Source: Squalus acanthias
Lineage: Eukaryota
DNA: 64,000 nt
Reading direction: 5' to 3'
Assembly: GCA_030390025.1 (NCBI GenBank)
Contig: CM059433.1
Span: forward strand, 12,960,001 to 13,024,000
Shown here: positions 12,378 through 25,680 of the stretch, piece by piece
Layout of the letters: each line of letters starts with the position of its first letter
Numbering within the stretch: the first letter of the stretch is position 1
Notes under the pieces: generated by a model
What the model saw: only the letters and a program-made list of their open reading frames with translations
Database searches by the model: none
Told to the model about the DNA's origin: nothing
Translations under genes and position numbers: made by a program

Positions 12378-13147
12378 GGCCCGTATTTTCCGACCCCCAC
12401 AGGTGTTTACGAGCTGTGTACACACCCGTGGGGGCCTCGCAAGTGCCGGTTTCAGGAATGCAAAGCGCATGCGCTGAAAACCGTTATTTCCGATCTGTCG
12501 AGAATCCTCTTGACAGATCCTTCGCCTGCCCTGGAGAAGGGCCTCCGTGGGGGGAGAGTTCCGCTTTCTGCACAACCTCCGCCCGCTGAAAACCTTTAAA
12601 AATCTTACGCCTGGTAAAAGCAGCGTAAGGCCTGCTTTTACCAGCAAAAGAGTTTAAAAAAGTAACAAAATTAAAAAAAAATTCACTCATTTATAATTTA
12701 AAAATACTTTTACTTAAAGTAAGTTTATTTTTAGCCCCGTAAAAAACTTTAATTATTTTTTTCAAAAAATTAAACTTGTGTTTAAAATATTTAATTTAAT
12801 GTAATTTTAACTAATTTTAAATACATGTTTTTTTTAATTTATTTAATGTTTTAGTGTGTTTTTTGAGTGATTCCCCATTCATACTTTTGACAGATATATG
12901 TGGAGAGACCTGTCAAAAGTGTGCAGGGGGATTCCCTTCTTTGATTGGTTCCCCATGGCCCACCTGATCCCAGGGACGCCTGCGAACTGCCTGCGCCCCT
13001 GGGATACCTGGGCCTCTGCGCGCGCAGACCAGGAGAGGCCCAGGATCAGAAGTGTCGGGACCTACGGAGCCAGCAGGTAAGTTCGTAGATTTTTTCCAGA
13101 TCGGAGGCATCCGCACGCAGGAAGCTGCCGTTTGGAAAATCCGGCCC
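12378..13147 (-). mobile_element. MITE family A, copy 2 (inverted)
   Basis: Reverse-complement match to copy 1, with TIRs; flanks ATT/AAT. Confidence 0.88.
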
Positions 13148-14567
13148 AATGGCTCTTTTTTTGCAAGAGCAAGGCATCTCATGGTGTGCCCTGTTAGTTC
13201 GACTTGTTCCTGCATCCTTCAGCTCAAAATTTTTTTTGCCCACAAAGTTGCTGGAAGTGTGAGCTGATAATGGCGCGGGGAGGGCAGCGAGGTAACTGGG
13301 ACCTTGTCAACAACGGGACAAACAATGTATCTCCTTAACCAATGAGATTAAGAAATAAACAGTGAAAGGACTGAGAAGGAGGGTGAATTAGAGTGGGTAA
13401 ATTCAATGTCAAATCAGGTACAGAAAGAGAAATAAAGAGAGGGAAAGAAAGATTGGATTAAGAGAGAGAGAAAGGAACAGTAAGAAAAAAATCAATATTT
13501 TAAAATTTGACATTTAAAAAAAATCTCCAACAACAATTCACTACCTGAAGGAATTAGATTTCACAGTTTTAATTGTTCACTTTCTGGGCAAGAGTGGTTG
13601 ATTGGCAAAACTGGCAGTATCTCTTCCTCCCCACAAGTAGCTGGATGATTTGCACACTAATAATGGCGTGCGTCGCTCACACACCATTATTTTTTCAGCA
13701 AATCCCGGACCAATCTGCAGGAGTATTTATTTAAGATGTGCTTTGAGCAATTTGGAAGTATTATTTTGAAGGAGGTATTTCAGTATGTTTAGGGGTGTGA
13801 CAATATAGCTTTAGTATTGGTAAGATAATCATTAACCATAATGATAACCATAAACCATTTGCTAGCCTGATGAGTTTCTGCTTGTGCTAGTTGTACATCA
13901 GGCCACTTGTCTTGATGTGTCATAGAAACAGCATTCAAACAAGTAAAATAAGTATATGATCAGCCATGATCGCATTGAATGGCGGAGCAGGCTAGAGGGG
14001 CCGAATGGCCTACTCCTGCTCCTATCTTCTATGTCTATGCTATGTCTATGTATGTACAAGTTATAACAACCTCCAGAATGTAATTTATTCAAATCTAAAT
14101 CTGCATGATGAAGGGATTAAGAAGTGTTGAGTTATATGAACCATTCAGTAAATGTACAATTGTCATTATTTCTACCTATGTAAACATCTCTCTGAAGTTT
14201 TAAAAGACAGAGTAAACTTTTAAAACTAATTGCATTCTGTTAATGTTTATATATATTAAATCCGTCAGTAAAACATTTTCACCTTTTGGAACTCCAGTCC
14301 TATAAATATCTGATCAGCATAAAACAATAATAATTAACGGTAATTTCAGATTTTAGAAGACAGAGATTCCCATTCAGATGCCAATCTGTCATAATTATTC
14401 TGTGTACAGTTATCAAATCAAAGAATTTCCGAATGTGCCTGTGATAAAAATGTATATATCAGTGATTTAATAAATCATGAATATTCCAACTTAATTAGTA
14501 GAAGCAGAATGAAAATAATCACTTCGGTAAGAGTTTTAGTCCCATTGTTATAATTTTGTTAATTTGA

Positions 14568-14774
<207 letters not shown>

Positions 14775-15482
14775 TAAAGATTTGTCCGATAAAGCTCATA
14801 CAACCTGTAGGGACACGAAAGATAGGCTTCTGCTCCCTTGGCAGCTGGCCACATAAAATATATTGGAATTAAAAGGTTTCTCATCCAAAATAACTCAATT
14901 AATCAATAAAATTGTGATTCGTGACCTAAAAGGAAGAAAAAAAGGCATGAAATACATGTTGATTTTATAGAATTAGACATACTTAGTTTTTGAAAACTCA
15001 AAAGTTCAATCAAAATAACAATTGGAAAAATTACTTTATACTACACAAGAGTGAAGATAATGTACTAGGGCAAGCCTTTATAGATACAGCGGTCCTGAAA
15101 AGGAAAGTAGAATCAATTAAATCTTCTGATCAGTTGGACAATATAACAGAAAATACTTGTGTGAGAAGTTTTAAACCACTATTAAGTTATGGGAAGGTGA
15201 TACAATAGATATTGTAAAAAGGGAAAGCATGGGATTCAGAGTTAGTCAAAACAAAACTGCTTACAAAAATCTTTTGTTGAAATGCTTCAAATATTAAGTT
15301 CTATAACATGGGCTAAAAGGATTTATTGTGTGCCTTGTATGTTCCCACAGATTTTATTTAAAAAAAATAAAGATTGCAGGAAGATCTTAGGTTTTTTGAA
15401 CATATGTAGCATATTTGGCAAATGAATGGGATGATTGTGTATAACATCAGTAAGGTAGTAAGAGTAAGTAAAAATAGAAAAT

Positions 15483-16076
15483 GTTCAGTCCGTAAGGGTG
15501 ACCCCGAGCTTCCGGCCGCCTGTCACTTTAATTCTCCGCTCCACTCTCACTCTGGCCTCTCGGTCCTCGGTCTCTTACACTGTTCCAACGAAGCTCAACG
15601 CAAGCTCAAGGAACAGCAGCTCATCTTTCGATTAGGCACTTTACAACCTTCTGGACTCAACATCGAGTTCAACAATTTCAGACTATAACCTCTGCCCCTA
15701 TCTTTTCACATGGCAGCTGTTAATGATTCTGCCATTCCAATTTACACCTCTTCTAGACTTATCTTTTGTTTCTTTACTTGTCCCATTATCATCTCCTTTT
15801 GCCTCGCACCATCATACCTTTTGTCATTTAATCTCTCCTGCCTTCCATCCTATCACAGACCTTCCCTTTTGTTCTTTCCTCCCCTCCCCCCTTTCCCTGA
15901 CCCTACACTTGCTTAAAATCTGCTACATCTCCAACTTTTTCCAGTTCTGACGAAGGGTCATCGACCTGAAACGTTGACTCTGTTTCTCTCTCCATGGAGG
16001 CTGCCTGACCTGCTGAGTATTTCCAGCATTTTCTGTTTTTATTTCAGGTTTCCAGCATCCGCAGTATTTTGCTTTT
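15483..16076 (+). mobile_element. Penelope-like 3' fragment (family B): GIY-YIG C-terminus plus terminal repeat with hammerhead
   Basis: PAACHFNS...RKLKEQQLIFRLGTLQPSGLN, followed by the family B terminal sequence. Confidence 0.85.
15943..15979 (+). ncRNA. Minimal hammerhead ribozyme motif (family B)
   Basis: AGTT-CTGACGA-A-GGGTC atc GACCT-GAAA-CGTT-GACT (G-U wobble variants). Confidence 0.75.
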
Positions 16077-16862
16077 GAGGCAGTAAGTGTAGTTAGGTAC
16101 AATAGATTAAGCAGTATAATAAGTAAAAGCATCTCTGAAGCTATCCATTGAATGGTTATTGTGCGGGGTCAAATGTGAATGGAATGGTAAAACCGAAAAT
16201 AAAATGGAAACAAAATAAGTAAATTAGCCAATAAAGTATTGCAGGGTATAAAAACACTAACTACATATTAGCTGAAAAGGAGTAAAACAGACTTTGCAAC
16301 TCTCATGAATCTCAAGAATGACCCATGTACTTTTGAAGACTGAAAGCTCTACATAACAAATTCATTAAATACTTAAGTAACAACAAGGGTACCAATGTTG
16401 GCATATTAATCGACTGCGATTTATTGGTACGGTATAGATTTTCACTTGTTTCCCCCGCTATGCCAAGGTTAGAGTTTGACTTGAGCAGCCGGAGGGGGTT
16501 GACGAGCAGAGTTTTATTTTTCTCCACCAGGGGTGGTGTGGGAGGCGGGAATCAGAGGCCCAAGTCACTCGCTGCAGGCCACTCTCACACAAATCCGAAT
16601 GGTGCGTCACAGGCCTGTCTGCCTGCTTCGAAATCGTGCTTGGGAGGGGGGGGGGGGGGGGGGGGGCACCTAAAAGAAAGGAGGGTATAACTAAACAGTG
16701 GAATGAAAACACAGCATTAAATGACATTTATGTAAGATATTAGTACTTGTGTAGAGTGGTAAGTTAGTAATAATAGTAATAAGATAGCAAAAATATGTGC
16801 TGCTGCAGCAGCCAATCCTCTTACATTGTGGTGGGATGGTCATGGCTACTATTTACTTTCTG

Positions 16863-17004
16863 TGATGTGGAGATGCCGGTGTTGGACTGGGGTGGGCAAA
16901 TGTGAGAAGTCGCACAACACCAGGTTATAGTCCAACAGCTTTATTTGAAATTTGATTTCAAATAAAGCTGTTGGACTATAACCTGGTGTTGTGCGACTTC
17001 TCAC
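16863..17004. mobile_element. Short fold-back PLE terminus (family C)
   Basis: Perfect ~55-bp inverted repeat; 12-bp duplication atttactttctg (16851-16862 and 17005-17016); same terminus as the element at 19909. Confidence 0.85.
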
Positions 17005-17564
17005 ATTTACTTTCTGGTAATCATCTTAATAATCAGTTTGCCCCCATGTAATTAAAAAAAAAAATTATTTATGGGATCTGGGCGTCGCTGGCAATGCCAG
17101 CATTTATTGCCCATCCCTAGTTGCCCTTGAGAAGGTGGTGGTGAGCTGCCTTCTTGAACCGCTGCAGTCCGTGTGGTGAAGGTACTCCCACAGCGCTGTT
17201 AGGGAGGGAGTTCCAGGATTTTGACCCAGTGACGATGTAATCCTTTGCAGTCGATGTACCACAATTAGCAAACCTACAGTCCCATTGTGTATCAGTGATG
17301 TGGAGCACAGCGTTAATGTGCCAGTAGAAAATGATCCCAGTTTTGAACAGAATGACCCCATGAACATCACAATATATAATTAAAAAGAAATAGACCAACC
17401 CATTGGTTTTAAGACTATAATCTCACCTCAGACCAGATTGCAATAGTCAACAGCTCAGGTTTTGCTCTTATGGGTTATGACATCAACCCATAACTCATTA
17501 CTGTCTCGAATCTCATCGCTAACCATCTATTATATCAACTAAACAAACTACACAAATATATAAG

Positions 17565-18484
17565 GGGGGCAATTTTAACCCCCCAAAAAAACAGGCAGGT
17601 TGGGGTCGTGTGGGAGGTTAAAGTGTTAAAAAACTGAATCCCGACCCCCAAACTGCCCACTTCCGGTTTTAACGGAGACGGATGGGGGGGGGGAAGGGGG
17701 CGGGTCAGCCATTTAAATATTATAATGAGGCTGGCGTGTCTCAAATTTAACCACCGTTACAAATTTAATTATGACTGGTTGGGTTTCGCAGGCCTCGGAG
17801 AACCCACCAGCAAAAGTAAGGTGAGGACTGCTGGATCCAGTGCCTTTACACTTACCTCCTGGATCCAGTGTCCTTGCTTCACTCACCCCCCGCGGTCGGA
17901 CACCCACCCCCGAGGCTTCCAATCCCCCCCACAAGGCCTCCGATTTCCCCCCCCCCCCCCCGACCCGAGGCCTCCGATCCCTCCCCCCACAAGGTCTCCG
18001 ATCCCCCCCTCCAGCCCCTGATCGCTTTGCCGGACTTCCTCCTACAGCTCCGATGCTCTTCCGACCCCAATCCTACCTCACCCTGCGATGCCCCTGATCC
18101 TCTCTGCCGCCCCCCTTTCCCCCCCCACCCCACCCCCCCGCCGCTCCTCCGGCTGGCCCTGGTCCTCTCTCCCCACCCCCCCCCCCGATGCTCCTCTGGC
18201 TGGACCCGATCCTCTGGCCCCCCCTCCCCGCTTCCCCGATGCTCCTCCGGCCTCCAACCACCCCCCACCAATCCCTCCCTCCTCTCCTCTCTGCGGCCTA
18301 GTGCCGCAGGCCTACCCGCCTGCAGCCAGCAAGCCAGCCTCTCCATCTGGCTGGCTGCAGGTGGGAAACAGCGCTTAGAAATGCTAATCAGGGCCTGCGG
18401 GAAACCCGTTCTCCCTGGCTTCCTGACCACTTTCTAGCACCCTCCCGCTCTCGACCCCACCCCCTGCAGATTAAAATTCCAGCC
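17565..18484. mobile_element. Harbinger-type non-autonomous element with C-rich low-complexity interior
   Basis: Ends gggggcaattttaa and ttaaaattccagcc; left end resembles the element at 61088; degenerate ccgatgctcctc repeats. Confidence 0.65.
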
Positions 18485-19996
18485 ATAGTCCCTGATCATA
18501 TTGAGATATCTCAAAGTGCTTCACACTATTCATTATTTTTGAAATGCAGTGACTATTATGTCGGCCATGGAAATGAAAACGGGACGCGGTGTAAACGGGG
18601 CCATCGATTTGCTGTGAGCCCGTTTCACACCACTGGCAGTTTTGCCCCGGCTGCGTTTTATTTATTTTAACAGCAACAAATAGAAATGCTCATCACTTCA
18701 GTTTTTTGCTGGGTGAGTTTGTTCTGTAGGATTCTGTTCGCCTTACTGGCAGAAGCCTAGCCAGCCAAGGCTGATCTGCAATCACATTCATTTCCTGCCT
18801 CTCACGTGACTTTACAGGCACTTGACTAGCCAAGTGATGGCCAAGGATGTTACAGATCTATGGAGAGTGGGATACTGTAGTAAATTAAACAGAGCAGATA
18901 ATCTGGACGGCCTGTTTCATTGATTTTGAAAGGATGATTCGTAGATCCTCGGCACGAGAACTGAAGTGGCTGGTCTTAATGTGTGTGACCAACCTCTGAG
19001 TTTAAAATCGTTGGCTTGTGTAGTTTGTATTGAAAATTAATTTCTTGATTAGTTCTGGCTTTCTTTGCACCTGTAATGATTTGATTAACCATCCAAACCT
19101 TGAGATTTAAAGCATACTTAAGTTTTTCAATAGTTTACTGCGCATCTGCATAAAGTGCCCCTGAGCCCAGCACTGCTCATCAGAGTCCATGGAACGGTAT
19201 TCGAGTCAATGACTTCAAGCGAGGGCGAGAGAGATAGTTGGTGGAAAACACAGGGGAGAAAAAGAAAGATAGTGCAGGGATTTTATCAGCTTCAGTACGG
19301 CTCAGGTTCAGCTGAAATCACTTCAGATGAAACAAAACCGAATGCATAAACCAGTGGTACTCATATTTCTGCCAGTAGGCCACTGGCAGTCTATCTCCCC
19401 CTCATCTGTGGCCCTCAGCAGGCTGCTGCTCTGTGCAGGCTTCCAATTACCGCTCAGCAGTACAGAGAGGGAGAGGTGTCGGCCCTGGCAAAATGTTAGT
19501 GAGTCACCCTGATGGTAACCAAGACCGTTTCAGTCATCTGCAGCTCTGCATGCATGATCCATTGATCTCACTGAGCTTTGACACTGTTAGCTATCAAGGA
19601 AGATTGTAGCACAGTTTAAGCTATGTATCTTTATCCCGTATTTAAGTACACAAATCATGTTTTTTAATGATATCAATGGCCTGTAATTTCTGATAGGAGG
19701 CTTCCTGCGTGCGGATGCCTCCTATCGGGAAAAAATCTACGCTCTTACCTGAGGGCTCCCGAGGACACTTTCGATCCTGGGCCTCTCCCCAGTCGAAATG
19801 CGCAGGGCCCACGTATCCCAGGGGCGCAGGCGGTTCGCAAGCGTCCCTGGGATCACGTGGGCCAGGCGAGCCAATGAGAGAAGGGAATCCCCCTTCATAC
19901 TTTTGATATGATGCGGAGATGCCGGTGTTGGACTGGGGTGGACAAAAGTGAGAAGTCGCACAACACCAGGTTATAGTCCAACAGTTTTATTTGAAA

Positions 19997-20034
19997 TCAC
20001 AAGCTTTCGGAGCTGCTGCCCCTTCGTCAAGTGA
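19997..20034 (-). ncRNA. Hammerhead motif (family C) with a core C-to-T substitution (TTGACGA)
   Basis: Reverse complement of 22058-22095 except at position 20030. Confidence 0.6.
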
Positions 20035-20348
20035 AGTGAAGGAATACGAATCGGCAAAGCATATATAGACAGAGAACAATGCCTGTGTAGCGTACAATGT
20101 CAGACGACTACAGTTAATCTATCTGACTGCCTTTCATCACACCTCGGCAGAGAAACAATCAGGTCAGCCAGGAAGGCACCACATCAAAGACATAGCAAGA
20201 TACAACTGAGACAATGAGGTGGGGTCACAGGGGGTCTAATGTGTCAAATGCAGTCTGTATGGAAAACCATAAACTTTAAAATTTTTACTTTTTTTTACTG
20301 GAAATCACATCTGTGAACAAGCCAATGACGACTCGAGTCTGGATGACT

Positions 20349-21710
20349 CTACGTCATGTAGCGTGACATGAACCCAAGATTCCGGTTGAGGCCGTCCTCA
20401 TGGGTGCGGAACTTGGCTATCAGTTTCTGCTCAATGATTTTGCGTTGTCGTGTGTCTCGAAGGCCGCCTTGGAGAACGCTTACCCGCAGATCCAAGGCTG
20501 AATGTCCTTGACTGCTGAAGTGTTCCCCGACTGGGAGGTAATAATCCTGCCTGGCGATTGTTGCACGGTGTCCGTTCATACGTTGTCTCAGTGTCTGCAT
20601 GGTCTCGCCGATGTACCATGCTCCGGTGCATCCTTTCCTGCAACGTATGAGGTAGACAACGTTGGCCGAGTCACATGAGTATGTACCATGTACCTGGTGG
20701 GTAGTGTCCTCACGTGTGATGATGGTATCTGTGTTGATGATCTGGCATGTCTTGCAGAGGTTACCGTGGCAGGGTTGTGTGGTGTCGTGGTCGCTGTTAT
20801 CCTGAAAGCTGGGTAATTTGCTGCGAACAATGGTACTTTTGAGGTTAGGCGGCTGTTTGAAGGCGAGTAGTGGAGGTGTGGGGATGGCCTTAGCAAGGTG
20901 TTCATCGTCATCGATGACATGTTGAAGGCTGCGAAGAACATGGCGTAGTTTCTCCGCTCCAGGGAAGTACTGGACGATGTAGGGTACTCTGTTGGTTGTG
21001 TCCCATGTTCGTCTTCTGAGGAGGTCTATGCGGTTTTTCGCTGTGGCCCGTCGGAACTGTCGATCGACGAGTCGAGCATCATATCCCGTTCTTACGAGGG
21101 TGTCTTTCAGCGTCTGTAGGTGTCCATCGCGTTCCTCCTCGTCAGAGCAGATCCTGTGTATTCGCAGGGCTTGTCCATAGGGGATGGCTTCTTTAAGATG
21201 GTTAGGGTGGAAGCTGGAGAAGTGGAGCATCATGAGGTTGTCCGTGGGCTTGCGGTAGAGTGAAGTGCTGAGGTGTCCGTCTTTGATGGAGATTCGTGTG
21301 TCCAGGAATGAAACCGATTCTGAGGAGTAGTCCATGGTGAGTTTGATGGTGGGATGGAACTTGTTGATGTTATCGTGTAGTCTTTTCAGTGATCCTTCGC
21401 CGTGGGTCCAAAGGAAGAAAATGTCGTCGATGTATCTGGTGTACAGCGTTGGTTGGAGGTCCTGTGCCACGAAGAAGTCTTGCTCGAACTTGTGCATGAA
21501 GATATTGGCGTATTGGGGTGTGAATTTGGTCCCCATGGCTGTTCCGTGTGTTTGGGTAAAAAACTGGTTGTCGAAGGTGAAGACATTGTGGTCAAGGATG
21601 AAGCGGATGAGTTGTAGGATGGCGTCTGGAGATTGGCTGTTGTTGGTGTTGAGTACTGAGGCTGTCGCAGCGATGCCGTCATCGTGGGGGATACTGGTGT
21701 AGAGTGCTGA
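20349..21710 (-). pseudogene. PLE reverse transcriptase / GIY-YIG endonuclease ORF, 5'-truncated but otherwise uninterrupted
   Basis: SALYTSIP...GTAMG...RYIDDIF...FLD...LYRKPTD; CxxC followed by VVYLIRC...YIGET...RMNGH (GIY-YIG). Confidence 0.93.
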
Positions 21711-22057
21711 GATCTTGGGTTCATGTCACGCTACACGACGTAGAGTCATCCAGACTCGAGTCGTCGTTGGCTTGTTCGCAGATGTGATTTCCAGTAAAAA
21801 AAAGTAAAAATTTTAAAGTTTATGGTTTTCCATACAGACTGCATTTGACACATTAGACCCCCTGTGACCCCACCTCATTGTCTCAGTTGTATCTTGCTAT
21901 GTCTTTGATGTGGTGCCTTCCTGGCTGACCTGATTGTTTCTCTGCCGAGGTGTGATGAAAGGCAGTCAGATAGATTAACTGTAGTCGTCTGACATTGTAC
22001 GCTACACAGGCATTGTTCTCTATCTATATATGCTTTGCCGATTCGTATTCCTTCACT

Positions 22058-22095
22058 TCACCTGACGAAGGGGCAGCAGCTCCGAAAGCTTGTGA
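22058..22095 (+). ncRNA. Minimal hammerhead ribozyme motif (family C)
   Basis: TCAC-CTGACGA-A-GGGGC agca GCTCC-GAAA-GCTT-GTGA; helix III is the palindrome AAGCTT. Confidence 0.8.
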
Positions 22096-22448
22096 TTTCA
22101 AATAAAACTGTTGGACTATAACCTGGTGTTGTGCGACTTCATACTTTTGATAGATAGACCTGTCAAAAGTCACCCCAAAAACACATCAAAACATTAAATA
22201 AATTTTAAAAAACCATCACATTTTTAAAATGAGTTAAAATTATATTAAATTAAATACTTTAAACAAAAATTAAATTTTTTGAAAGAAATAATTAAAGTTT
22301 TTTACAGGGCTAAAAATAAACGTACCTTTTTTTAAAGTATTTCAAAATTATAAATGAGTGAAAAAAAAATATTTTTTTTACTTTTTTAAACTCTTATGCT
22401 GGTAAAAGCAAGCCTTACTCCTGCTTTTACCAGGCGTAAGATTTCTAA

Positions 22449-23179
22449 GGGGTAAAAATTGAGTTGCGCCCCATTTGGGGCGCTAACCTCGCCGGGGCGC
22501 GACTTTTAGCGCCCCGAAAAAATTAGCGGCCCCGCGCCGGAACTTCAGTGGTTGCGCCCCAAGAGGGAAGCGGGGCGCAACTGGAAGCACCCCGCATCCC
22601 TCTTGGGGCGCTGCGAGTGAATATCCTGGCGCTACGTGCCGCGGTATTGCAGGCCTTCCTCCCCTTCTTAAAGGGGAGGGACCCTGCGCAGCGCGAACCG
22701 GGGCCCAGCTGGGCCCCCAGGGATCGGGAGTGCCGGCAAAAGAGCCCGGCACTCAAGAGAAGTGCCGGGCTCTTGGAGCGCAGCCGGCACTTCACGGTGG
22801 GGGGGCTTCACGGGGGCCGGGGACAGGTGCTGGCAGGCGGCCAGCAACAAAAATGGCCGCCTGCCACCTCTGCTTTAAATATCGCCGCCCCGGCCGCACG
22901 TACGCCTCCCTGAACCCGTCGGACATAGCGTCTGGCGGTAAATCAGGGGGCGCGACTGAAGATCACGGCCGGGGCGCGAGCGGGGTGCTGCGCACAGCGA
23001 TGACGTCATCGCCGGCGGCGCAGCGCCACAGGGCGCTACCGGCTGCCGCCGCCGCTAACCTCCCACTAAATTTTTCGGGAGGCGTGGGCGGCGCTGCGCC
23101 CGGGCGTTAGCTGCTTTACGCCCCATTAGCGCCCTCTTAAGGCGCTAACGGGAGGCGCAAGCAGCTGAATTTTTCCCCC
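22449..23179. mobile_element. CpG-rich Harbinger-type MITE (family D)
   Basis: TIRs ggggtaaaaatt and aatttttccccc; TAA duplicated at 22446-22448 and 23180-23182. Confidence 0.85.
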
Positions 23180-24029
23180 TAAGAGTTTTCAGCGGGCGGA
23201 GGTTCTGCAGAAAGTGGAACTCTCCCCCTGCAGAGGCCCTTCTCCAGGGCAAGCGGAGGATTTGTGACGGTTTTCAGCGCGTGCGCTTCGCATTCCTGAA
23301 ACCGGCATTTCCGATGTCCCTATGGGTGTGTACACAGCTCGTACCCACCCGTAGGCATCGGAAAATACAGCCCATTATAATATGTTTAAGCACCTGAACC
23401 ATTTATTCCACGGTAGTCAGCTAAGATATTTTAATCATCTCCTATTTTGTCAATATATTGTATTTGAACATGGCTTTGTGAAGTTGTGACTGACAACAAC
23501 AAACCACAATGTTACACAGTTCCACTTTTAAACTGAGCTTCAGCAAATTATTTCTTTATGACATCCAAGTTACAGGAGTGCAGCAACGATGTAGCGGCTT
23601 TTATCACTTGTTAGGAGACAAAATCATATTTGTAAATGTTTTACATTTTGCTCTTTTATAAAAAAAAAATCATTTCTGCATGCGCATAAAGTGGGAATTT
23701 TGTAGCACAAACTAATTGTGTGGACAGTGTCAATTATTTTAAAGGCTTTTCATGATTTGCGTTGTCGGTAAAAATGTGCCATTTATATATTTTTTTTGCT
23801 GCATTTCTCCCTGACTTTTTTCTGTAATTCTCCTGCACCTTTTCTCCTGGTGGCGAGGACGTGCTGGATGGAGACCTGCTCCCCCATCTCTGTTAGTGTC
23901 ATCCAACAGCCAGCCACCGGGAAGTTCACCTGTGCACCCTATCTCCCCGTCATGTAGCTTAGGTCAGGAACTCGCTGTGCGGAGAAACTGTGGGCAGGAA
24001 CCTGCATCTTACCACTTGGTTTAGGCCCC

Positions 24030-24482
24030 AGTATGAGGAGAGATTGAGTCGATTGGGCCTATATTCTCTAGAGTTTAGAAGAATGAGAGGTGATCTCATT
24101 GAAACATGCAAAATTTTTACAGGGCTTGATAGGGTAGATGCAGGGAGGATGTTTCCCCCTAGCTGGGGAGTCTAGAACCAGGGGTCACAGTCTCAGAATA
24201 AGGGGTCGGCCATTTAGGACTGAGATGAGGAGAAATTTCTTCACTCGGAGGGTGGTGAATCTTTGGAATTCTCTACCCCAGAGGGCTGTGGAGGCTCAGT
24301 CGTTGAGTATATTCAAGACAGAGATCGATAGATTTTTTTAATATTAAGGGAATCAAGGGAAATGGGGATAGTGCAGGAAAGTGGAGATGAGGTAGAAGAT
24401 CAGCCATGATCTTGTTGAATGGCAGAGCAGGCTCGAAGGGCCAAATGGCCTACTCCTGCTCTCATTTCTTATGTTCTTATGC
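24030..24482 (+). mobile_element. CR1 LINE 3' fragment
   Basis: YEERLSRLGLYSLEFRRMRGDLIE... and CR1 tail. Confidence 0.9.
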
Positions 24483-25680
24483 TATATAATATTAAGTATT
24501 GAATAAATTTTACAATGGACCAAAAATCAAATTAGTCCCATGTGTAGATTTATTTTACAAAGGCTGGGGAAGCTATAAACATGTCCAAACCTACTATTGT
24601 ATGGCACGTAATAACCCAAACGATTTACTGCACATCACTATGAGGTTGCTTTCCACCACCCCCACTGGATGAGAACGAGACGGTCGTGCTATGAAAATCG
24701 CAGCGCTGAACTTATCGCCCTGTTCCTGCTCCCGGTCCACCTGCCGCCATTTTGTCGGGTGCCGTGTGACAGGTGGCCGGAGTGCCCGCCTGTTTCAGGT
24801 GGGAGCGGACCTGTAATATGTATATCGGGGTCCTGTGATGCAAAAGGACCCCCAATGCAATTTTGAGATACCAATGGAAGGAGCATTCAACGTAGAGTGA
24901 CCTAACCAACAGTGCTTAAAGGAACCTCTGCTGGTCGCTCATAAAAACAGCAAAGGTAAGTTTTAAAAAGATTTTTGTGGGACGAGGAAGAGAATGCTGC
25001 TCCTTGCCCCACAAAAATCTTTCCACCCACTGCCTGCCCCTCCAAATCACCCTCCTCTGATTGCACCCCTCCCCCGCCCACCATTAGCTCTGCCTTGTCT
25101 CCATGTAGGAGCCACCCGATTTCCTTCTGTCCCCACCCAAAATGTCGATCGCCTGTGAAGCTCACATGCTTATTAAAATGGTTCGAGCCTTTCGCCAATG
25201 GCATAGCCCGAGTGAAAATCAGCCTATATTTCCCTCATTGTACAATTTCCTGTCATAAGACTGATTAGAGTCTTAACCCCAAGTAGAAGGTTTTGTCTTC
25301 TTATACTATTTTGATATCATAACTTAGTCTAACGCAATGTCTCAAGTAGGGTAAGAAAAAGATCCTTTGGCTATTCATGTAACAGAATTTTGAAAAACCT
25401 TCTGAACTGTTTGAACCTCCAACTTTAACCTCCTCGTGTTTTTGAAGGAGAGAATTTATAGAGGAACTTTAATGGTATTACATGCAAATATGCAGTTGTC
25501 CATGCTATGTACAAACGTGCAAAAAATACATTATGCAGCTGAACTAGACAGGATTTACGTTATAGACAGAAGTAAACATTCTGGCTGTAAGAAGTAAACA
25601 TATTTAACAAGTGCCTCTTAATCAATAAAATGAATCACTTTTGCTCTTTAATTACGACAACTATATGAAAATCCACACTT

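Larger units (their letters stand above)
19909..22136 (-). mobile_element. Penelope-like retroelement (family C), 5'-truncated, with inverted partial terminal repeat
   Basis: RT plus GIY-YIG ORF. 429-bp inverted arms 19952-20380 and 21712-22140. 16-bp duplication cttcatacttttgata (19893-19908 and 22137-22152). Confidence 0.95.
19678..23373 (+). mobile_element. MITE family A, copy 3, split by a PLE (19909-22136) and a GC-rich MITE (22449-23179)
   Basis: Three collinear pieces matching copy 1, TIRs at both ends; flanks AAT/ATT. Confidence 0.88.

Noticed and set aside
11922..12647. 241-aa minus-strand ORF as a gene
   Set aside because: Chimeric read-through from MITE copy 2 into unique intron, with no recognisable domain.
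17725..18437. Pro- or Gly-rich ORFs
   Set aside because: C-rich low-complexity interior of a non-autonomous transposon.
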